Shown here one piece after another: positions 53,844 to 64,000 of a stretch of DNA of 64,000 bases. Position numbers and translations under genes: made by a program. The DNA is taken from the NCBI GenBank assembly GCA_951406725.2, contig OX597817.1, positions 86,490,001 to 86,554,000 on the forward strand, in the 5' to 3' direction. Source of the stretch: Octopus vulgaris. Lineage: Eukaryota. Under the pieces are notes generated by a model that saw only the letters and a list, made by a program, of their open reading frames with translations, was not told the origin of the DNA and made no database searches. How positions within the stretch are numbered: the stretch's first letter is position 1; each line of letters starts with the position of its first letter.

Positions 53844-53889
53844 CACACGTTGATAATAGGCAATACACCTTGAAACCTAGGTCCGTGTG
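53844..53889 (+). ncRNA. Type I hammerhead ribozyme, U3-A8 variant (next tandem copy)
   Basis: Identical to 53488-53533, 356 bp downstream; predicted cut after 53883. Confidence 0.8.
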
Positions 53890-54102
53890 TGGTATCTGCT
53901 TCTTGGTGGATGATCTCCCTTTGCAAGATAGAGGACGCCGTGATGGCGTCAGGCCTATCTGGTGACGTTGATGTTCGCCTGGGGCTAAATGCAACAGTGA
54001 CACCCCCACCACCCTGCCCTGTCCCTAGCCATATTCGGTTGGCTAATATCCCTTATATTACGGAGCAGTCACTGTCTATATCTCATTTAGAGAATTATTA
54101 TT

Positions 54103-54150
<48 letters not shown>

Positions 54151-54151
<1 letters not shown>

Positions 54152-54445
54152 CGAGATCATCAGAAAGAAGTCCGGCGTGAGAGATGTCATCGCAGAGTAT
54201 ACACGCAGCAAGTATAAATGGGCTGGACACGTCGTCCGGCTCACCGATAATCGGTGGACCCACGCAGTTGTCGAGTGGTACCCGCGCGAGCGGAAAAGAC
54301 CACCCGGAAGACCTCCATGACGGTGGAGTTACGATTTCAGGAGGACGATTGGGATCACGTGGATGAGAAAGGCGCGATCCAGGGAGGAGTGGACAGCGTG
54401 TCAAATGGACGCCTGACGGACTGGTCGGTCAAGCTGATCAAGGTG

Positions 54446-54446
<1 letters not shown>
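54151..54446 (+). pseudogene. RTE-clade LINE 3'-end fragment between (TA)n tracts
   Basis: IRKKSGVRDVIAEYTRSKYKWAGHVVRLTDNRWTHAVVEWYPRERKRPPGRPP*RW; short-repeat tail tcaagctga tcaaggtga. Confidence 0.88.
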
Positions 54447-54483
<37 letters not shown>

Positions 54484-54770
54484 GCAACGGTCTTATTTCA
54501 GTTTCTGCCTACCAAATCCACTCACAATGCTTTGGTCGGGTCGAGGCTCTAGTAGAAGACACTTGCCCAAGTTGTCACACGATGAGGCTGAACCCGGAAT
54601 TATGTGGTTGGTTAGCAACCCACACAACCACTTCTATATAGAGAGAGGCTTCGAATGACCCATCCGTGTTTTTTGTATCGTCTATTTGGATGTTTTGCGT
54701 TCTTGTCCCATTTTGTATTTATATATATATATATATATATATATAGCAGCGTACGTACACTTTGTTCTCC

Positions 54771-54838
<68 letters not shown>

Positions 54839-55066
54839 CATATATGGGTACAGGACGTCATAACATGTAAACAATATGAAATATGAAGACAAACTTTGGT
54901 ATGCGAAGAACGAGAGAAACAAATGGAAAACAAGACAAGTAACATAAATAAACGACCCTTCAAAGTTGGTAAGAAAAACAGGAGAGTGGAGACATACAAC
55001 AAACCAAACGAAAACAAACGTGGAGCGCCGTTAGGCCAGACGAGGTAAGGTAGCAAACGCTGAGGA

Positions 55067-55120
<54 letters not shown>

Positions 55121-56024
55121 GTACATATATTTATGTATATATGCATATATTTTTTTATTTATATTATTATTTGATTGAACACCACGCATCCATTTCCAAG
55201 TAAGATTATCTAAATAATTTTGATGTGACTTTACTCTGTACTGTTCTCTCTCTTCCCCTTTGGTTTTCTCTCTCTCTCTCTCTCTCTCCCCCCTCTTTCT
55301 CCTTTACGCTCCCTCTGATATATATATATATATATATATATTATGTATGTATGTATGAATGTATGTGTGTACATATATGTATGTATATGTGCATATATAT
55401 ATTTATATTATTATATATATATTTATATAATTATATATATATTTATATACATACATACACGACAAGATTCCGCACAGTTTCTGTCAACCAGATTTATTCA
55501 CAAGTCATTGGTCGTCCAGAACTATAAAAGACACTTGTCTACGATACTGTGCAGTAGGATTGAACCTGAAACAACACCTGTTAAAAGACGAGCTTCTGAA
55601 CTACACAGCCATGCACGCGTCTTCATATATGCGTCTGTGTGTAGATATGTGTTACTATAAAGTACTACAGAGCTAATCTGTATAGTTAAGGCCATCATTA
55701 TGTTATGAGAAATGCAAACATTGCATCAATATACACAATTAGTTTGATGACAGAGAAACACAAAAACATTTGCAGGCGCTACACGTCTCAATTCTTCTTG
55801 CAACTTCGTCAGCAGTTGTGTATCATTTTTAATTATTCATGACCATACTTCTTATAAAGCTGCTAATATTAGCTGCTAAAGAAACACTTTCTTGTTAATA
55901 TGCTAATTCGAATATTAAATTACTGTGTGTTTCAGAGTGTGCATTATGTATATAAACATGATGTTTACATTCGTCGTTACATACAACTTTGGCTAAAAAT
56001 GTCCCTCGATATGTGCTATAGTGC

Positions 56025-56095
<71 letters not shown>

Positions 56096-56627
56096 CTGCA
56101 CACATGTAAGAATATAAGTGCAAAACAAAGTGGACAAATAGTTCTCGAATACCAAAGGTAGAGTAAGATACTCATTGAAGCTTAAGAGTTGAGGTTAAAA
56201 AAATTTTTTTCTACCTTTGGCACAAGGCCCGAAATTTGGGTGGGGGTAGGGGCCAGTCAATTACATCGACCCCAGTACACAACTGGTACTAAATTTATCG
56301 ACCCCGAAAGGATGAAAGGCAAAGTCGACCTCGGCGGATTTAGAACTCAGAACGTTGCGGAAGACGAAATACCTATTTCTTTACTACCCACAAGAGGGTA
56401 AACACAGAGAGGACAAACAAGGACAGACAAACGGATTAAGTCGATTACATCGACCACAGTGCGAAACTGGTACGTATTTATCGACCCCGAAAGGATAAAA
56501 GGCAAAGTCGACCTCGGCTGAATTTGAACTCAGAACGTAACGGCAGACGAAATACTGCTACGCATTTCGCCCGGCGTGCTAACGTTTCTGCCAGCTCGCT
56601 GCCTTTTGAGGTGAAAAATATTGAAAA

Positions 56628-56658
<31 letters not shown>

Positions 56659-57673
56659 TGAGTGCAACCACTAAGCCATGCAGCATATATATATATATAT
56701 ATATATGTATTGCACTCATGATCGTAAGATTGTGGTTTCGGTTCCTAGACCGGTCGACGCGTTGTGGTCTTAAGCGAAACACTTCATTTCACGTTGCTTC
56801 AGTCCACTTAGGTGACAAAAGTGAATAATCCTGCAAAAGACCGGCGTCCTGTCCAGGTGGGGAATATGTATACATGTCATGGAAACCAGGAAACTAGCCT
56901 TTAGGAGTCGGTATGCCCCGAGAAGGTTACTTACCTCACTGTAAACATTATTATTAAGATTAAAATAAAAATTATTCCATGTGTGTGTGTGTGTGTGTTC
57001 GTGCGTGAATGCGTGTTCGGAATAATAATCATTTTAAAAAGGTTTTTCTTGCATGCCCACTCGAAAAGAACGAAAGGGCGAGTGGAAAATACGATCTGGT
57101 TTCAATTTCCAGTTACGCTTTAGAAAGGCACAGCAGAAGCATCACATTTTTTTATCACTTTCCCTGAAACCTACAAAGGACCCATTTGTTCGTCACTGAA
57201 CCCGCTAAAAATAGCAGTCACATTTCACTTAATCTTACTGTTATAAAAATATATATCTATAAAACTCTACTGAACATTGTACACAACAGCTGGGGAAAGG
57301 CGGGTCAGTCATGGATTGAACGCTTTTGATGATAGATTTTAATCATGGTTGACATGTGACTAAACAACAAGAACTTGAGGCAGTAAAGCCCATGTAAGAA
57401 ATCAATAAGACACCCCAGCCTTACATTTAAACCATGTCTCTTTGTCATTGAAGATGGGTTCACTCGGCCGTTGCCATAACAACACATGATGGATGCATAT
57501 ACTTTTGTCTTCTTTTTCCTGAATCAATCAAATTCTTACATCTCTGATTCGATTCCTTTCACATGTCCATCTATCATTATGTCTACTGATTCTCACTTGA
57601 TGCTAAAATTAGTCAAAAAAAAAATGTTTAAATAATCCAAACAAACAATATTCATACATACAAATATATATAT

Positions 57674-57727
<54 letters not shown>

Positions 57728-58126
57728 TGATTTCCTTTTCGTTCATATCTGTTTGTTTTAATAAAGTGTACCACTTTTGTGTTTTGCCTTTATTTATTTA
57801 TTTATTAATCTGTTTTAAACATTTTAATCCTTCAATAAATACAGAGACAACATTCCTTAAATTTATAGATTTAAGCCCTTACTATCTGATTAAAATCTCT
57901 GATCTTTTGTATCAAATTTTACCCCTACCCACTTTCTCCCTCGCCTGTCATCTCTCTTTTTCTCCCGTTTTCTCTATTTCTTTCATCTTCTCTTTCTCTC
58001 TCGCACACTTACACACTTTCTCTTACCCTTTCCGTCTCCCTTCTATATTTCTCTCTTATTTATAATGCTATTCTCCTTCTATCGACCCACTCCATCTTCT
58101 CCGAGTTCCGTTGATTAATAAATAAG

Positions 58127-58198
<72 letters not shown>

Positions 58199-58676
58199 CT
58201 CCATAGCAAATAGAAAGCGATCAGTTAGCAGAATTGTAAGTATTCTGCTCTTGGTCTAAATACTTGAAGAGATTTTAGCTTCGTCTGTGTTAGTTTTGAG
58301 TTGAATTCTAACCAAGTTCGAATTTGACTTCCGGGGCATTCACGACCGATAAAACTATAAAATAAAGACCAGAAATATAATAGTTTGTTCAGTCGTTTTT
58401 ATCCCTTCCCTATGAATAAACGGCTTTGCTTCAATGTGATAAATCGTTTTAAATTTTACTTATGTCAGTCGTTAGACTACGGTCATGTTGGAGCACCGCC
58501 TCGAAGAATATTTAGTCAAATGTATCGACCCCGGTGCTGATTTTTTTTAAAGCTTGTCACTTATTCGATCGGTTACTTTTTGTCGAACCGCTAGATTATG
58601 TGGACGTAAACACACTAATACCGGTTGACAATCAGTGGTGGAGGACAGAGACACAAAGACACACACACATAAGCGG

Positions 58677-58721
<45 letters not shown>

Positions 58722-59084
58722 CACGCACGCACACACACACACACGCACACACACGCGCGCATTTATATATATACACGACGGGCTTCTTTCAGTTTCCGTC
58801 TACCGAATCCACCCACAAGGCTTTGGTCGGCCCGAAAAACAAGAATATCATAAACTTTTTGGAACACGACTACGTGATATGTGTATACAAAAATATTATA
58901 AACATTCGAGTGATTGTGAAATAATTATCTATATTTATTTGTTTGTTTATTTTTGGAACAGTGGATCTCGAAACACGTAAAAGTCGAAGGCCGTCTTCGA
59001 CTTATTCTGTCCAAAGGTTTTTCAAACCAATACTTACATGCTATAATTTATTGTTTATATATTTCGAGTTCCGTTGATTAATAA

Positions 59085-59149
<65 letters not shown>

Positions 59150-59279
59150 TATGTGACTATAGAACATCACCAGTAGTACGCAACATAATGTACGAAAACA
59201 AATGACTTATATACGCAAACAAGGAGAGAAAAAATGGAAAACAGGACAAGTGACACAAAGAACGACTCTTCATCAGTTC

Positions 59280-60090
59280 CCGCTAAGCATTTCGCCTGGC
59301 GTGCTAACGTTTCTTATCCCCACAAGAGGATAAACATAAAGGGGACAAATAAGGACAGACAAAACTACTAAGGTGATTACATCGACCTCGGTGCGTAACT
59401 GGTACTTATTTAATCGACCCCGAAAGTATGAAAGGCAAAGTCGACCTCGGCGGAGTTAGAACTCAGAACGCAGCGGCGGACGAAATACCTATTTCTTTAC
59501 TACCCAAAAGGGACTAAACACAGAGGGGACAAACAAGGACAGACAAACGGATTAAGTCGATTGTATCGACCTCAGTGCGTAACTGGTACTTATTTAATCG
59601 ACCCCGAAAGGATGAAAGGCAAAGTCGACCTCGGCGGAGTTAGAACTCAGAACGCAGCGGCGGACGAAATACCTATTTCTTTACTACCCAAAAGGGACTA
59701 AACACAGAGGGGACAAACAAGGACAGACAAACGGATTAAGTCGATTACATCGACCTTAGTGCGTAACTGGTACTTATTTAATCGACCCCGAAAGGATGAA
59801 AGGCAAAGTCGACCTCGGCGGAATTAGAACTCAGAACGCAGCGGCGGACGAAATACCTATTTCTTTACTACCCACAAGGGGCTAAACACAGAGGGGACAA
59901 ACAAGGACAGACAAACGGATTAAGTCGATTATATCGACCTCAGTGCGTAACTGGTACTTATTTAATCGACCCCGAAAGGATGAAAGGCAAAGTCGACCTC
60001 GGCGGAATTTGAACTCAGAACGTAACGGCAGACGAAATACCGCTACGCATTTCGCCCGGCGTGCTAACGTTTCTGCCAGTTCGCCGCCTT
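59280..60090 (-). mobile_element. Family B SINE with a tandemly iterated 184-bp body (about 4 units)
   Basis: Junction cctatttctttac at 59488, 59672 and 59856; tRNA-like head at about 60040-60090. Confidence 0.88.
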
Positions 60091-60298
60091 GCGATAGTTT
60101 ATATCTTAATAACAATGTTGTTGGGAAATTGTGTGTGTTTCTTTTTCCACCGAACGGTTCGCTTTCTTGAAGGTCTTTTTTTTTTCTTTTTTTTATTATC
60201 AAAGATCTTTCGAGAATTATCGTACACTAACAAACGCTTGAGTTTCATTCTGTTCAAAAACACCAGAATTCCAGTCCGATTAAGTACACACACACACA

Positions 60299-60339
<41 letters not shown>

Positions 60340-60346
60340 ACTCACA

Positions 60347-60406
<60 letters not shown>

Positions 60407-61029
60407 TACACACATACATACACACACGTGCGCGCACACACGATTTTTTGAGTGGAGCAGACATCATAGGAATTAAGGTGTAATTGTCTGCTAGTTCCAA
60501 TTCCTTCCAGAATCCCCGGAATTGTCTAGAACTAGCCTCATTAGTCATCAACAGATGAAGTGTATCCTCTTTAAATCTCTTTCGTTTCTTTCTCTGTCTC
60601 TTTATATTATCTACATTATCATTAGAATAGCCCTTTGTTTTTTTGTTGTTTTTTTGTTTTCTTTTGCTTTTGCTCGACTTTTTATCTTATTTTTGTAGTT
60701 GTCTTGTTTCCGCTTGTTTTGGTTTTGTTTTCTTTGAATTTTATTTCGCGGCGCAGCTGTTTCAGTTCCAAAGACTTGGTATGAAACACCACAAAAACTC
60801 GTATCGATTCTTCCATTCATTATACAATATAATAAATAACATGATAATAAAAATAAAAATAAAAATAAAGATTTTGTTCCATTGAACACTAGTAATGCAT
60901 ATTTTACCATTGTATACACATATTTTTTGCTTTTGTTTTTGGGTTTTATTGTTTATTTATTTATTTATTTATTTATTGGAGTTAGAGTCTGGTTTTAATG
61001 CCTCTGATATTTGACAATTGTTGACGACA

Positions 61030-62520
61030 GCCATACACATGCCTAGCGTCGTGTGTACACATACATTGACTCAGCCATACACATAACGCAAACAGATATA
61101 CAACACGACACACACACACATGATATATACACATAGGCAGACGTACGATATATACATACACACATGCACATGCATAATACAAACCGATATACAATACAAA
61201 CATGCAGACACATACATACAGACGCAGACACACACACAGACATATTCAATATACGCAGATATACAGCACAAACACACACGTACATATACATATGCAGACA
61301 TATAATAGACACATACACACTCACAAGCGTAATACATGCAAACATACAACACAAACGTACAGATACATACACACACATGCGTATACACGCAGATACACAA
61401 CACAAACGCACACATATACAATACACACCCACACGCAGATATACAATACACACCCACACATGCATAATAAAAGCATACATACAATACAAGCATACAAATG
61501 CATACACAAACATATACATAATGCACAGATGAACGACACAAGCGTATAGGTATATATACTCATACACATATGCATAATATAAGCATACATACAACACATA
61601 ACATACAAGTGCATTAAGAGAAACATACATATACATACACACTAGCAAACACACGTATAATACATACAGACGTACAACACAAACGTATAGATACATACAC
61701 ACATACACATAATACATACGGACATACATTACTAACACACACACGTACACGTACTTACGTAGACACGTAGACACACGTAGACACTACGAATAATACATAG
61801 ACATACACCACAAGCATACACGTACATATATATACGCAGACATGCAATACACACACATATGCCTATACACATAATACAAGCACACGCGTATGTACATACA
61901 TAGACATACAATACAATGCATAATACAAGGATAAAGTATTTAGATATATAACACAAAAACACACGTATTTATGAATACGCGTAGGAGTGGGTGTGTTCAG
62001 TCCCACTGCGTGGCACCTTGGGCAAGTGTCTTCTACTATAGCCACGGGCCGACCAAAGTCTTGTGAGTGGATTTAGTAGACGGAAACTGAAAGAAGCCCG
62101 TCGTATATATGTATATATATATGTGTATGTATGTGTGTGTATGTGTTTGTGTGTCTGTGTTTGTTCCCCCAACATCGCTTGACAACTGATACCGGTGTGT
62201 TTACGTCCCCGTAACTTAGCGGTTCGGCAAAAAAGACCAATAGAATAAGTACTAGGCTTACAAAGAGTAAGTCCTGGGGTCGATTTGCTCGACTAAAGGC
62301 GGTGCTCCAGCATGGCCACAGTCAAATGACGGAAAGGAGTAAAAGAGAGAATACGCAGACATACAAATCGCACATACACACATATGCATAATACAACCGT
62401 AATACACTAAGACATACAAAAGAAGCGTACAGATATATGCACACATATATACATAATACACATAGACATGCAACACAAACATACAGCTACATAAACACAA
62501 ACATCCGTATAAGCCAAGCA
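61030..62520. repeat. About 1.5-kb degenerate AC/AT-rich low-complexity tract interrupted by a family A SINE (61977-62345)
   Basis: Imperfect acatac / acacac / atacac motifs throughout. Confidence 0.8.
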
Positions 62521-62992
62521 AATCTACGACTCAAGCAAAAATACAGCAAGAGAAGCGACGGTGATGAGAGCTGATACATAAAATACGAGATTTCCAGGTT
62601 TTTTGTATTTTTTTCTCTCAGCATTTGATTTCAGTGAAGAAATGAAATGGCCGAATGATATATAACTACATAACCAACAGATGGTGCGTCTTGACTTACA
62701 AGTCCAGCTTGTTGGTTTTATTGTTTTTTCTTCTTTTTTTTTTTGTCTATGACGCGGGGATAATTAACCCATTCACGTGAGGAACATTCAGGCGATTCGC
62801 TATTTCTTCATTTAACGTTGTGATTGGAAACGGTTTCCTGCATTTCACGAGGGAAGGTGTAGAGGATCGAATATAAGCCAGATTACATATTAATACAAAT
62901 TTCTAAACCTCTGGCGTGATTTTAACACACAAATCCCAGAGACAAACAACTAATCATGTCTCTTTTCAATGGATATATTATACACACACACA

Positions 62993-63048
<56 letters not shown>

Positions 63049-63110
63049 AACACACACACACACACACACTGTGAAGGCGCATGACACACTGTGAAGGCGC
63101 ATGACACACT

Positions 63111-63440
63111 GTGAAGGCGCATGGCTCAGTGGTTAGAGCGTCGAGCACACAATCATGAAGTAGTAAGTTCGATTCCTGGACCGGACTTTGTGCTGTGTTC
63201 TTGTGCAAGAGACTTTATTTCATGTTGCTCCAGTGAACTCAGCTGTAGAAATGAGCTGCGACGTCATTGGTTCCAAGCGGTGTCGGCCTTTACCTTTCTC
63301 TTGGATAACATCGATGGCGTGGAGAGGGGAGACTGGTATGAATGGGTGGCTGCAGGTCTTCCATAAACAACCTTGCCTGTTTGTATCGAGGAGGGTACCT
63401 TCCTAGGTGCATTCTCATAGTCTTTCATGACCGAAGGAGC

Positions 63441-63443
<3 letters not shown>
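63111..63443 (+). mobile_element. Full-length family C CORE-like tRNA-SINE
   Basis: gtgaaggcgcatggctcagtggttagagcg (A box), agttcgattcc (B box), gtgttcttgtgcaagagactttatttca core. Confidence 0.82.
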
Positions 63444-63492
<49 letters not shown>

Positions 63493-63563
63493 ATATATAT
63501 ATATATATACTGTATATATATATATACATGCATATATTATCATCATCATCATCATCATCATCA

Positions 63564-63598
<35 letters not shown>

Positions 63599-64000
63599 GA
63601 GTGAGTGAGAGAGTAATGTACTGAGGTACAAATATACGAAGCTCAATATACCCATCTGATAAGAGTACATGCATCACAACCATATGTACACACACGGTGA
63701 TCTTATATCAAGATAAACGGCGTATGTCCTTCCATGTGGGGCCCAGTTAGAATTTTTTCAGAACCAGTGGCCTATCCTGCTCAAAAGGCCCCTGAATAAG
63801 GTTTGATGAAAGAAACACCAATGTTTCCAGAGGTGAATTATTCAAACCCCATAGAATTCCTCTCAACACATGGCTATGATGTTCCCCAACCTTTCCTGCT
63901 GGTGTCAGAAATGCACATATCGTCAACCACTAAGAGATATGTTCACCTGCTTAAGGTCAAGCAAATATGTGGTATTGGGCAGAATATTTGATGTAACCGA
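63599..64000 (-). mobile_element. TAA-embedded non-coding element (copy 4, runs off the window)
   Basis: Diverged reverse complement of about 41600-42030; (TTA)n at its 3' end. Confidence 0.75.

Larger units (their letters stand above)
52801..54102 (+). mobile_element. Retrozyme-like array: 356-bp hammerhead-containing unit, one inverted copy (52840-53163) plus about 2.6 tandem copies (53160-54102), inside (TA)n
   Basis: GAAACCTAGGTC starts at 53160, 53516 and 53872 (period 356); copies differ at only a few positions; no plausible protein encoded. Confidence 0.85.

Noticed and set aside
53160-54102. CRISPR-like or plain satellite interpretation of the tandem array
   Set aside because: There are no unique spacers and the context is eukaryotic; the ribozyme core and inverted end fit a retro-mobilised unit better.
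52718-54320. Repeated 76-143 aa ORFs (MVGVSLLHLAPG..., MVSASWWMISL...) in the 356-bp array
   Set aside because: Non-ATG starts, present on both strands, no recognisable domain; they are by-products of a structured non-coding repeat.
63111-63190. Possible tRNA gene (also 22830-22900 and other SINE heads)
   Set aside because: A and B boxes are present but there is no intact cloverleaf and the sequence continues into a SINE body.

Overview
Eukaryotic, AT-rich, microsatellite-dense DNA. The SINE repertoire and (TA)n/(TAA)n/(CA)n load look like an octopus genome (inference). No host protein-coding gene can be supported; most ORFs in the track are microsatellite translations. The window is a transposon landscape: a 5'-truncated R4/Dong-type LINE (RT plus restriction-like endonuclease) and further fragments, RTE and CR1/Jockey-like fragments, an ORF1-only L1/Tx1-like element inserted in a SINE head with a 12-bp TSD, pogo/Tigger, Tc1/mariner and hAT derivatives, a Helitron and three or more tRNA-SINE families. 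The standout is 52801-54102: a 356-bp unit arranged as one inverted copy plus about 2.6 tandem copies inside (TA)n. Each full unit carries a type I hammerhead ribozyme with a U3-A8 core variant, a palindromic stem III and a long G-U-rich stem I, i.e. a retrozyme-like, probably Penelope-mobilised element. Several other (TA)n-embedded fold-back elements carry hammerhead or half-hammerhead motifs, pointing to a wider ribozyme-bearing, TA-associated retroelement system.
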